Assembly: GCA_951406725.2 (NCBI GenBank)
Contig: OX597843.1
Coordinates: forward strand, 12,772,001-12,836,000
DNA length: 64,000 bases
Direction of reading: 5' to 3'
Source of the DNA: Octopus vulgaris
Lineage: Eukaryota
Position 1 is the first letter of the stretch. The number at the start of each line of letters is the position of its first letter. Positions 1 through 11,484 of the stretch are shown here, in pieces. The position numbers and the translations under genes are program-made. A model generated the notes under the pieces. It ran no database searches. It saw only the letters and a program-made list of their open reading frames with translations, and was not told where the DNA came from.

Positions 1-130
1 TTAGCAGTTCAGCAAAAAGCAACTGATAGAAAAAGTACTAGGCTTACAAAGAATGAGTCCTGAGATGGATTTGTTTGACTAAAGGTGGTGCTCCAGCATG
101 GCTGCAGTCAAATGACTGAAACAAAAGAAA
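1..130 (+). mobile_element. SINE family A, 3' part
   Basis: Matches the tail ...ggtgctccagcatggc.gcagtcaaatgactgaaacaa of other copies. Confidence 0.8.
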
Positions 131-159
131 ATATATGTATATACATATATATATATGTA

Positions 160-308
160 CAACAAGCTTCTTTCAGTTTCCATTTACTAAGTCCATTAAC
201 AAGGCTTTGGTCAGCCCAGGGCTATAGTAGAGAACACTTGCCACGCAGTGGGACTGAACCCGGGACCATGTGGTTGGGTAGCAAGCTTCTTACCACAGAG
301 CACTCCTA
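160..308 (-). mobile_element. SINE family A, head half
   Basis: Reverse complement of the tRNA-like head plus CORE-like ccttgggcaagtgtctt segment. Confidence 0.75.
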
Positions 309-359
309 TATATATACATACATACATATATATATATATAAAAAAAAATATATATATAT

Positions 360-473
360 ATGGTCCCAGGTTCAATCCCACTGCATGGGCAAGTGTCCTC
401 TATTATAGCCCTAGGCTGACCAAAGACTTGTGAATAGACTTGGTAAATGGAAACTGAAAGAAGCTTGTTGTAC

Positions 474-509
<36 letters not shown>

Positions 510-705
510 CTATGTTTGTCCTCCTCACTGTTGCTCGACAACTGATTTTGGTGTGTTTACATCCCTGCAACTTAGTGGTTCGGCAAAAGAGACCGATAGA
601 ACATGTACTAGGCTTATAAAGAATAAGACCTGGGGTCGATTTGCTTGACTAAAGGTGGTGCTCCAGCATGACGGCAGTCAAATGACCAAAACAAGTAAAA
701 GAATA
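360..705 (+). mobile_element. SINE family A, 5'-truncated
   Basis: B-box region, internal (TA/TG)n and tail present. Confidence 0.8.
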
Positions 706-804
706 AATACGAGAGACAGAGACAAAACACTTAATATGTACGTTTGTCCTGTTTTAACACAGACACACACATAAATATACATATATATATATATATGTGT
801 GTGT

Positions 805-951
805 GTGTGGTAAGTAGCTTGTTTACCAACCACATGGTTCCAGGTTCAGTCTCACTGCATGGCATCTTGGGCAAGTGTCTTCTACTATAGCATCGGGCCA
901 ACCAAAGCCTTGTGAGTGGATTTGGTAGACGGAAACTGAAAGAAGCCCGTC

Positions 952-1022
<71 letters not shown>

Positions 1023-1237
1023 AGCGTGATAATATTTTTGTGTTTCTATATTTGTTCCCCAACATTGTTTGAGAACCGATGGTGGTGTGTTTACATCCCT
1101 GTAACTTAGAGTTTCGGCAAAAGAGACCGATAGAATAAGTACTGGGCTTACAAAGAATAAGTCCCGGTGTTGATTTGCTCGACTAAAGGCGGTGCTCCAG
1201 CATGGCCGCAGTCAAATGACTGAAACGAGTAAAAGAG
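805..1237 (+). mobile_element. SINE family A with expanded internal (TA)n
   Basis: Head, (TA)n, tail ending gagtaaaagag. Confidence 0.85.
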
Positions 1238-1239
1238 TA

Positions 1240-1328
1240 TACACACACACATATATATACATATACATATGTATGTTTGTACTGTTTTAACATATACACA
1301 CACTATCACATAAATATATATATATATA

Positions 1329-1387
<59 letters not shown>

Positions 1388-1408
1388 TATATATACACAT
1401 ATATACAC

Positions 1409-1442
<34 letters not shown>

Positions 1443-1555
1443 CACATATATATATATATATAAACATATATACACACACACACAGGTATATATATATATA
1501 TATACATACAGATATATATATATATATATATATAAACATATATACACACACACAC

Positions 1556-1605
<50 letters not shown>

Positions 1606-1625
1606 ATATATATATACACACACAC

Positions 1626-1669
<44 letters not shown>

Positions 1670-1710
1670 ATATATATATACACACACACAGGTATATATA
1701 TATATATGTT
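1240..1710. repeat. Complex (TA)n/(CA)n microsatellite with recurring acacacaggta/taaacata unit
   Basis: Seen directly. Confidence 0.9.
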
Positions 1711-1967
1711 TGTTTGATGTAGACCAATGTTTGTTGTTGATCACATGAGCGAATGTAATGCCATTTCATCTCCCACTGTCACCCACTTTATCACCACCAC
1801 CACCACTACTGCCGCTACCACTCCCTGCTCTCATTCACCTGTGTTTCACCTGGCTTCACAACAACAACGGCAGCAGCAGCAGCTGCTGCTTAGCTCTTTC
1901 AGTCATCTATGTCTGACTTCAAAAAGCTGCTATGATCAATGAAACTGCCACTCTCCTCAGATCTGGA

Positions 1968-1974
1968 ACACACA

Positions 1975-2015
<41 letters not shown>

Positions 2016-2153
2016 GTATGTATGTATGTATATATATATATATATATATATTTGTGTGTGTGTGTGTATCTATCTGTGTGTGTGTGTGTGTGTGTTTGTA
2101 TCTATCTGTGTGTGTGTGTGTGTGTGTATGTATCTGTGTATGTGTGTGTGTGT

Positions 2154-2201
<48 letters not shown>

Positions 2202-2288
2202 ATCTGTGTATGTGGGTGTGTGTGTGTATGTATCTGTGTATGTGGGTGTGTGTGTGTATGTATCTGTGTATGTGTGTGTGTGTGTGTA

Positions 2289-2325
<37 letters not shown>

Positions 2326-2472
2326 ATCTGTATGTGGGTGTGTGTGTGTATGTATCTGTGTATGTGTGTGTGTGTGTGTGTGTATGTATCTGTGTGTGTG
2401 TGTGTGTGTGTGTATGTATCTGTGTATGTGTGTGTGTGTGTGTATGTATCTGTGTATGTGTGTGTGTGTGTA

Positions 2473-2512
<40 letters not shown>

Positions 2513-2750
2513 TATGTGGGTGTGTGTGTGTATGTATCTGTGTATGTGTGTGTGTGTGTATGTATCTGTGTGTGTGTGTGTGTATGTATCTGTGTATGTG
2601 TGTGTGTGTATATATCTGTGTATGTGTGTGTGTGTGTGTGTATGTATCTGTGTATGTGTGTGTGTGTGTATGTGTGTGTGTGTGTGTGTGTATGTATCTG
2701 TGTGTGTGTGTGTGTGTGTATGTATGTGTGTGTGTGTGTGTGTGTGTGTA
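1968..2750. repeat. (CA)(CT)(TA) runs then a long compound (TG)n with tatgtatctg interruptions
   Basis: Seen directly. Confidence 0.95.
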
Positions 2751-2809
2751 ATATGACACACAGGCTTGCTTCAGTATGTGAGTCAATAAAGAATGTCTCT
2801 AAATGATGG

Positions 2810-3257
2810 CTTGACTTGGTAGAAATAGCAGTCAAAATCTCTTTCAAATCAAACCTTACTGTCGTATGTATGCGTGTGAGTGTGTGTGTGTGTGTGTGCC
2901 AATGAGGGAGACCTCGAGACCTCTACATGGTAGCTAGACCTGGTAGAAACAGCAGCCAAATCTCCCTCAAATCTCACCCTACTGTCTTGTGTATGTATGA
3001 GCCAATGAGGGAGACCTCTACATGGTAGCTAGACCTGGTAGAAATAGCAGCCAAATCTCCCTCAAATCTCACCCTACTGTCTTATGTATGTATGAGCCAG
3101 TGAAGCTAGACCTGGTAGAGACAGCAGCCAAATGTCCCTCAAATCTCACCCTACTGTCTTATATATGAGCCAATGAGGGAGACCTCTATATGGTAGTTAG
3201 AGCTTGTTGAAATAGTAACCAAATATCCCTCAAATCACACTCTACTGTCTTATGTAT
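2810..3257 (+). repeat. About 5 imperfect tandem copies (roughly 70-110 bp) of ctagacctggtagaaatagcagccaaatctccctcaaatctcaccctactgtctt
   Basis: Motif recurs at about 2820, 2940, 3040, 3115 and 3205; related pieces at 3465, 20640 and 45340 (-). Confidence 0.8.
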
Positions 3258-3442
3258 ATCATCATCATCATCATCGTTTAGTGTCCGTTTTCCATGCTAG
3301 CATGGGTTGGACGGTTCTACTGGGGTCTGTGAAGCCAGAAGACTTCATCAGGCCCAGTCAAATCTGGCAGTGTTTCTACGGCTGGATGCCCTTCTTAATG
3401 CCAACCACTCCGAGAGAGTAGTGGGTGCTTTTTACGTGCCAC
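3258..3442 (-). mobile_element. RTE-tail-like short element (family C) ending in (GAT)n
   Basis: Reverse complement of ggaagggcatccagc.gtagaaac...ccaacccatgctagcatggaaa.cggac..taaacgatgatg, the same tail that follows the RTE ORF at 54.9-55.05 kb. Confidence 0.75.
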
Positions 3443-4157
3443 ATATATATATATATATATATATGAGCCAGTGAAGGAGACCTCTACATGGTAGCTACAG
3501 GTAGCTACATGCTTCCCAACCACAAGGTTTCAGGTTCAATCCCACTGCATGGCACCTTGGGCATGTGTCTTCTATTATAGCCTCGGCCTGACCAAAACCT
3601 TGTGAGTGAATTTGGTAGACGGAAACTGAAAGAAGCCCATTGTGTGTGTGTATATATAAGTAGTAACAAACTGAGGAAAATGTTATATAATATTTTATTC
3701 ATAGTGTATCATGTAATATTGTAATATTAATGGATTGTCCATAGTATCTCTCTGTGGTAACATCAACATTTTTTTTCTCTGCCCCAAGGCACATTCCTAA
3801 CACGCCAGGTGAGTTTAATTCGTCTAAGTCGAAAGACGCCTGTTGTGATGTCCTGTTATTATTATTGTTATTATGTATTATTATTATTGTTTCTACGTAT
3901 CAGTTTTGTATTCATATTTGTGTATCATCGTCCGTTTTTCCGTCGTTGTTTTGTATACATTCGAAGCTTTCTTCCAAGGAATCTAATGCGCTTAGCTTAG
4001 TTTGTCCTTGGGGCTGGCCAGATTGGAGCAATCTCAAGATTAATCAGCTGAAATTGCGAGGATGATCCGGTTCTTGACTGAAGATTGAAGGCTTCGAATG
4101 TCCCGTCCGTGTTTTTTGTATCGTCTTCTAAATGTTTTGCGTTCTTGTCCCAGTTTG

Positions 4158-4196
<39 letters not shown>

Positions 4197-4597
4197 TACT
4201 CTTTGCTCTTTTACTTGTTTCAGTCATTTGACTGCAGCCATGCTGGAGCACCGCCTTTAGTCGAGCAAATCGACCCCAGGACTTATTCTTTGTAAGCCCA
4301 GTACTTATTCTATCGGTCTCTTTTGCCGAACCGCTAAGTGATGGGGACGTAAACACACCAGCATCGGTTGTCAAGCAATGCTAGAGGGACAAACACAGAC
4401 ACACAAACATATATATACATACATATATATATACATATATACGACAGGCTTCTTTCAGTTTCCGTCTTCCAAATCCACTCACAAGGCATTGGTCGGGGCT
4501 ATAGCAGAAGACACTTGCCCAAGATGCCACACAGTGGGACTGAACCCGGAACCATGTGGTTGGTTAGCAAGCTACTTACCACACAGCCACTCCTGCG

Positions 4598-4599
<2 letters not shown>
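4197..4599 (-). mobile_element. SINE family A, full length
   Basis: Complete head (ggcgcaggagtggctgtgtggt, A/B boxes) through to tail. Confidence 0.9.
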
Positions 4600-4643
<44 letters not shown>

Positions 4644-5120
4644 TGTATGTGTTTGTACCCCACCACCACTTGATAACTGGTGTTGGTGCGTTTACATCCC
4701 CATAAATTAGTGGTTCAGCGAAAGAGACCGTTTAAATAAGTATTGGGCTTAAAAAAAGAGAACATCAAAGCACTTGTGTCGATTCATTCGGCTAAAACCC
4801 TTCAAGGTGGTGCCCCAGCATGGTCGCACTCAAAATGACTAAAACCAAAAAAAAGATCCCCCACCTCATACACACACACACTCACATACGCACAAGCATG
4901 AACATTCCTCGAATCGCCCCCCCCCTCACTCGCCCCTCCCACACACTTATGCAGTCATGGATCTGTTCTCCCCTCCCCCAGGCAGTCTATAAATATATTT
5001 AAAGAGACAGAAAACTGATTCACATGACATTTTGTTTTGTTTTTCGTCTCTTCATTCCGTTGTTCTTTTCTAATCTGGGTTTGGTTTGAAAATCATGATT
5101 CTTTTTGTTTTTAAAATTTA

Positions 5121-5527
5121 GGCGCAGGAGTGGCTGTGTGGTAAGTAGCTTGCTAACCAACCACATGGTTCCGGGTTCAGTCCCACTGCGTGACATCTTG
5201 GGCAAGTGTCTTCTGCTATAGTCCCGGGTCGACCAATGCCTTGTGAGTGGATTTGGTAGACGGAAACTGAAAGAAGCCTGTTGTATATATGTATATATAT
5301 GTATGTGTGTGTGTGTGTTTGTGTGTCTGTGTTTGTCCCCCTAGCATTGCTTGACAACCGATGCTGGTGTGTTTACGTCCCTGTAACTTAGCGGTTCGGC
5401 AAAAAGAGACCGATAGAATAAGCACTGGGCTTACAAAGAATAAGTCCCGGGGTCGATTTGCTCAACTAAAGGTGGTGCTCCAGCATGGCCGCAGTCAAAT
5501 GACTGAAACAAGTAAAAGAGTAAAAGA
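5121..5527 (+). mobile_element. SINE family A, full length (reference copy)
   Basis: A-box TGGCTGTGTGG, B-box GGTTCAGTCC, CORE-like cttgggcaagtgtctt, internal (TA)(TG), tail gtaaaagagtaaaag. Confidence 0.9.
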
Positions 5528-5611
5528 ATGCAATCAAAGAATTAAGAACGCATGCATCACATATGTACTGCATGTGAGGTAGCAAATATTTATTGACCTT
5601 TTTCTTTCTTT

Positions 5612-5646
5612 TAAAAATCGGCACGGACTTTCCGGACAACCCAATA
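5612..5646 (-). mobile_element. Mariner-like terminal inverted repeat (single end)
   Basis: Minus strand tattgggttgtccggaaagtccgtgccgattttt resembles mariner TIRs (TATTRGGTTG...). Confidence 0.45.
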
Positions 5647-5807
5647 TTATGAATGGTTCCTGTTCTCTTAATTCCACTACTGACGGCAGTTCGTCAAACT
5701 CCACTGAAAATCCTGGCGGATCAATGTTACACATTTCCTTCAACCTGTTGTATCTGTCGTTATCAATTCCAATGTACCCATGCTGGTGGCACACGAGAAG
5801 CACTCCC

Positions 5808-6304
5808 TTCTCCTTATCTCCTCAAAGACATACAGCATCTCGAAAGAGTCCAGAAGCTGGCTACCCGCATGGTTCTTGGTCTCAAGAATTTGTCTGATGA
5901 AGAAAGGCTGAAGACGCTCGACCTTTATTCTCTAGAAAAACGATGACGCCGTGGTGATCTCATTCTTGCTCACAACATCATAAGCGGAAAGTGTAACCTC
6001 TCGAAAGAGCTGTTCTTCACTCCTGCTCCAGAGTGTCGGCTGTGGGGTCATTCCGAAAAGCTCTATCTGCGACGATTTCATCTCAATCGAAGGAGAGGGG
6101 CTTTCTCCGTCCGGGTTGCGGATCTGTGGAATAAGCTGCCGGACGAGATGGTGAGGATGCCGACGACCGCTCGGTTCAAAATCTCCCTTGACCACAAGTG
6201 GCTTGAACTCTTTACATGAACACCACCCTGTACATCACTCCATGTCCCCCTACATGGCCTTGCTTGCTTTTTGAGCCAAAAAATTAACTAACTAACTAAC
6301 TAAT
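5808..6304 (+). mobile_element. CR1-clade LINE 3' fragment (family 1), in-frame stop, (TAAC)n tail
   Basis: SPYLLKDIQHLERVQKLATRMV..EERLKTLDLYSLEKR*RRGDLI..FSVRVADLWNKLP is typical of a CR1 ORF2 C-terminus. Confidence 0.9.
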
Positions 6305-6424
6305 TAAAGTGGTTGGAATTAGGAAGCACATCCAGCCATAGAAACCATGTCACAGTTAGTCTGGACAACTCCTTGGCTGGTCAGCTCTTTGTTAAACCAT
6401 CCGACCCATAAAAAAAAACAAAAA

Positions 6425-6712
6425 ACGTTGCCCTTTTGTGGGCCCGGTTTCGCGGTTTCTGTGGCGTATGTGTTCCCCCCAAGCTGGACGGGACGCCAGT
6501 CCATCGCGGTGTTACTCAAGAAACAGGAGAGAGTGAGAGAAAGTTCTGGTGAAAGAGTACAACAGGGGTCACCACCACCCCCTGCTGGAGCCTCGTGGAG
6601 CTTTTAGGTGTTTACGCTCAATAAACACACATACCGCCCAGTCTGGGAATCGAAACCGCGATCCTCCGAACGCGAGTCCGCTGCCCTAACCACTGAGCCA
6701 TTGCGCCTCCAC
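6425..6712 (-). mobile_element. tRNA-derived SINE (family D head) with gcgatggactggcgtcccgtccag tail
   Basis: Minus strand ggaggcgcaatggctcagtggttagggcagcggactc...ggtttcgattccc contains A and B boxes. Confidence 0.8.
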
Positions 6713-7066
6713 CCATCCAACCCATGCCATCATGAAAAGCAGATATTAAACGATGACGATGATGTTAAAATTGAGAGTTGTGGCGATTTGCTGTACTTGA
6801 TGAGATGTGTCAAGGCCAGGTAAAATCACTGTCTTCTATACACAAAGGCTCGTCCTTTACAGGTGCAAGCGTCACATTAAATGCACCTGTGCAGGTGCTG
6901 CATATATATACACCCAGCACACCCTGGAAAGTGATTAGCATTAAGAAGGGGCATCCGACCTTAGAAACTCTGCCTTAACAGACTGGTGGAGTCTGGCCAG
7001 CTCCATGTAAAATCATCTAACCCATACACACACATACATGCACACACACATATAAACACATATATA

Positions 7067-7655
7067 GGCGCAGGAGTGGCTGTGTGGTAAGTAGCTTGCT
7101 TACCAACCACATGGTTCCGGGTTCAGTCCCACTGCGTGGCACCTTGGGCAAGTGTCTTCTGCTATAGCCCTGGGCCAACCAATGCCTTGTCAGTGGATTT
7201 GGTAGACGGAAACTGAAAGAAGCCTGTCGTATATATGTATAAATATATATATAATATATAGGCGCAGGAGTGGCTGTGTGGTAAGTAGCTTGCTTACCAA
7301 CCACATGGTTCCGGGTTCAGTCCCACTGCGTGGCACCTTGGGCAAGTGTCTTCTGCTATAGCCCCGGGCCAACCAATGCCTTGTGAGTGGATTTGGTAGA
7401 CGGAAACTGAAAGAAGCCTGTCGTATATATATATATATGTGTGTGTTTGTGTGTCTGTGTTTGTCCCCCTAGCATTGCTTGACAACCGATGCTGGTGTGT
7501 TTACGTCCCCATCACTTAGCGGTTCGTCTAAAGAGACTGACAGAATAAGTACTGGGCTTACAAAAGAATAAGTCCCGGGGTCGATTTGGTCGACTAAAGG
7601 CGGTGCTCCAGCATGGCCGCAGTCAAATGACTGAAGCAAGTAAAAGAGTAAAGAG
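7067..7655 (+). mobile_element. SINE family A with tandemly duplicated head (7067-7229; 7261-7655)
   Basis: Two near-identical heads separated by (TA)n, one tail. Confidence 0.9.
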
Positions 7656-7816
7656 TATATACACACATACGTGTGGATTTTACTCGTAAAGTATTGGAAT
7701 CTTACGTGTATACCATTCTGCCTAAAATATGGATCTACAAATTCAATATCCCTACATATCTCACATCTGTTTTCTTTCTTCCAAATTAATTATTGCTTAA
7801 CCATCCTCTCATACCA

Positions 7817-7866
7817 TCCCTGATGAAGGGATATAATAAATAAATATCCTGGAAACAGCTGTAAGA
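7817..7866 (+). ncRNA. Minimal type I hammerhead ribozyme-like motif (Penelope-type)
   Basis: CTGATGA (7820) - a gggatat/atatcct g stem - GAAAC AGCT GTA with palindromic stem III; stem I is weak. Confidence 0.55.
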
Positions 7867-7936
7867 CCTTCTATCTATAAATGTTCTAAAATCTACACAC
7901 CCTTGTTTTTTTTATCTCATTACGCAAAAAAAATTC

Positions 7937-7937
7937 T

Positions 7938-7972
<35 letters not shown>

Positions 7973-8007
7973 ATACACACCCATATATACACATACACAC
8001 ACCTACG

Positions 8008-8053
<46 letters not shown>

Positions 8054-8058
8054 TATGC

Positions 8059-8089
<31 letters not shown>

Positions 8090-8415
8090 TATGCATATAT
8101 ATATATATATATACATACATATGCATATACACACATACATACACACACATATACATATATATTTACATATGCATATGTACATGTATACATATATATGCAT
8201 AAATATATATATATATATATACACACACAAACATACACATACACACATATGCATATATATATATATATATACATATGCATATACACACATATATACATAT
8301 ATATTTGCATATGTACATGTATACATATACATACATACATATATATACATACATACATATATATACATATACATATATATATAAATACATATATGTATAT
8401 GTGTGTATATATATA
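7937..8415. repeat. (TA/CA)n low-complexity tract
   Basis: Seen directly. Confidence 0.9.
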
Positions 8416-8880
8416 TGACAGATTTCTTTCAGTTTCCATCTACCAAATCCACTCACATGCCAGCATGGAAAAGGGACATTAAACGATGATGATAATGATG
8501 ATGATCAAGAGAGAGACTAATTATGTTTGTTGTTTGTGTGTCTGTCTGTATGTCTGCCTGTTTGTCTACCCCCCTCCCCCCCGGCCAACATACCCGCCAC
8601 ACCCCACCCACCCCACTGCCATTTTAGCTATATAAATCCGTGTTGTGATTCCGGAAAGTTCTAGAAATACATTTTTACAGCTGATATTTCCAGTCACACC
8701 CCTGGTTCCCATGCATTAATTACTCTGCCCCCTCCCACTCACCCACCTCCCCACCTCCCTGCCACCCTTCACTAATTACTTACAGAACCAAGGTTTGCTT
8801 AGACAGTTGTCGTTTGCATGCCCCCCCTCCCACTGCAACACCAAAATGAAATTGAGGTAATTCTTAATTAATTATAAATA

Positions 8881-9290
8881 GGCGCAGGAGTGGCTTTGTG
8901 GTAAGTAGCTTGCTAACCAACCACATGGTTCCGGGTTCAGTCCCACTGCATGACACCTTGGGCAAGTGTCTTCTGCTATAGCCCCGGGCCGACCAATGTC
9001 TTGTGAGTGGATTTGGTAGACGGAAACTGAAAGAAGCCTGTCGTATATATGTATATATATATATAAGTGTGTGTGTATATGTTTGTGTGTCTGTGTTTGT
9101 CCCCCAGCATTGCTTGACAACCGATGCTGGTGTGTTTACGTCCCCGTCACTTAGCGGTTCGGGAAAAGTGACCGATAGAATAAGTACTGGGCTTCCAAAG
9201 ATTAAGTCCCGGGGTCGATTTGCTTGACTAAAGGCGGTGCTCCAGCATGGCCGCAGTCAAATGACTGAAACAAGTAAAAGAGTAAAAGAG
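8881..9290 (+). mobile_element. SINE family A, full length
   Basis: Head to tail; followed by an older diverged head at 9295-9445. Confidence 0.9.
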
Positions 9291-9496
9291 TATTGCCGTG
9301 TGGTTAAGAAGCTCGCATTTCCACCATGTGGTTCCAGGTTCAGTCCCACTGAATGGCGGTCTTGGGCAAGTGTCTTTTACTATAACCCCAGGCTAACCAA
9401 AGCTTCGTGAGTGGATTTGCTTGACACAAACTGAAAGAAGCTTGTGTGTGTGTATGTATGTATGTATATGTGTAGAGATTGTGTGTATTTTTTTTT

Positions 9497-9882
9497 TTTA
9501 CTTGTTTCAGTCTTTTGACTGCGGCCATGCTGGAGCACCGCCTTTAATCGAGCAACTCGAACCCGGGACTTATTCTTTTGTAAGACCCATACTTATTCTA
9601 TCGGTCTCTTTTGCCGAACCGCTAAGTTACGGGGAAATAAAGACACCAGCATTGGTTTTCAAGTAATGTTAGGGGGACAAACACAAACACATACACACAT
9701 ACATATACATATATATACATATATACGACAGGCTTCTTTCAGTTTCCGTCTACCAAATCCACTCACAAGGCATTGGTCGGCCCGGGGCTATAGTAGAAGA
9801 CACTTGCCCAAGATGCCACGCAGTGGGACTGAACCCAGAACCATGTGGTTGGTTAGCAAGCTACTTACCACACAGCCACTCA
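9497..9882 (-). mobile_element. SINE family A, near full length
   Basis: Reverse complement of the family A sequence. Confidence 0.9.
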
Positions 9883-9904
9883 TGTGGTTGTATATGTATG
9901 TATA

Positions 9905-10445
9905 TGACAGGAATTGGCAAGTTGGAGAGCTGCACTGGCTTCCACTGTCTGTTTTGGCTTGGCTCCTACAGCTGGATGCCCTTCCTAATGCCAACCACTT
10001 CACACTGTGTGCTAGGTGCTTTTAGCATGACACCTATACTAGGGCTTTTATGTGGAACCAGTATGAAGGCTTTCACATGGCACCGGTAAAGGATTCTTGG
10101 AGGCAAGGCCAGTGATGCTCTCCACGCTGGGATCAAAACTGATTTGGCTTGGCTTCTTCAGCTGGATGCCCTTCCTAATGCCAACCACTTTATAGTGTGT
10201 ACTGAATGCTTTTTACATGGCACCTATATGAGTGCTTTTTGCATGGCTCTGGTACAGGATTCTTGCAGGCCAGTTATGTTCTCCTTGCAGGGGTTCAAAG
10301 CCGATTTGGCTTGGCTCCTACACCTTGATGCCCTTCCTAATGCCAACCACTTTACAGAATGTACTGGGTGCTATTTATGCAACACCAGCACAGGTGATTT
10401 TTATGTGGCACCAACATGGGATGCTTTACATGTGGTACCAGCATG
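9905..10445 (-). mobile_element. Three diverged tandem family C (RTE-tail-like) pieces
   Basis: ctggatgcccttcctaatgccaaccactt recurs at about 9972, 10162 and 10325. Confidence 0.7.
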
Positions 10446-10565
10446 TATGAATTGAAATTTTTCATGGACCCTTTAACAACTACAGTGAATCTCCAGTTTA
10501 CTATGATTTTACCAGGTGGTCAGCGTGGAAATAAAAACCACAGGTAAATTTTACAAAATATTTTA

Positions 10566-10947
10566 TAAGTAGCTTGCTTACCAACCACATGGTTCTGGGT
10601 TCAGTCCCACTGCGTGGCATCTTGGGCAAGTGTCTTCTGCTATAGCCCTGGGCCGACCAATGCCTTGTGAGTGGATTTGGTAGACGGAAACTGAAAGAAG
10701 CCTCTCGTATATATGTATATATATATATGTATGTGTGTGTATGCATTTGTGTGTCTGTGTTTGTCCCCTTAGCATTGCTTGATAACCGATGCTGGTGTGT
10801 TTACGTCCCTGTAACTTAGCGGTTCGGCAAAAGAGACCGACAGAATAAGTACTGGGCTTAGAAAGAATAAGTCCCGGGGTCGATTTGCTCGACTAAAGGC
10901 GGTGCTCCAGCATGGCCGCAGTCAAATGACTGAAACAAGTAAAAGAG
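10566..10947 (+). mobile_element. SINE family A, slightly 5'-truncated
   Basis: Family A sequence. Confidence 0.9.
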
Positions 10948-10948
10948 T

Positions 10949-11149
10949 ATAATTATAAGAAGGGATTGGCTATAAACCTCTCCACACACTGTAAAAATAG
11001 ATGCCAAAAGACACTATTACCACCTTAAAATCTCTGAGAATAACACACTGTGTGTTATTGTCATAGTTCTTATGGTGGTAATAGTGTCTTTTGGCGTCTA
11101 TTTTTACAGTGTGTGGTGATGCATATAGCCAATCCCTTCTTATAATTAT
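10949..11149. repeat. Long imperfect palindrome (about 100-bp arms)
   Basis: ataattataagaagggattggctata...tatagccaatcccttcttataattat; centre aataacaca-ctg-tgtgttatt. Confidence 0.9.
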
Positions 11150-11173
11150 GTATATATATATATATATATATAT

Positions 11174-11365
11174 ATCAACAATCAAGGAACGGCCATAATA
11201 GGCCATTCACCCACTAGAAATAACAGCCAAAGCTTCAACCGCAAATAAAAATTAATTCCGTAAACCAGGAGAAAATTTAAAATTTAATTTTTATTTGCGG
11301 TTGAAGCTTTGGCTGTTATTTCTAGTGGGTGAATGGCCTATTATGGCCGTTCCTTGATTGTTGAT
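11174..11365. repeat. Inverted repeat with about 82-bp essentially perfect arms and about 28-bp spacer
   Basis: atcaacaatcaaggaacggcc...aaataaaaattaa / ttaatttttattt...ggccgttccttgattgttgat. Confidence 0.9.
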
Positions 11366-11484
11366 GTTGAACTTAAAAATGGTCTATGACTATTTAATTT
11401 TTTCCCACTAGGCCGCTGGTGGCAAAAGAATTCTACAAAATTTTTTTTGCCACCCTATATTGATTAATTATATATATATATATA

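Noticed and set aside
1932-2847. Long CV/HT-repeat ORFs (also at 32.6-34.6 kb and 46.4-47.5 kb)
   Set aside because: (TG)n and (TA)n tracts lack stop codons in most frames
4070-4112. CTGAAGA...GAATGTC as another hammerhead
   Set aside because: No GAAA motif and the stems are unconvincing; the surrounding 3900-4160 may still be a Penelope-like end
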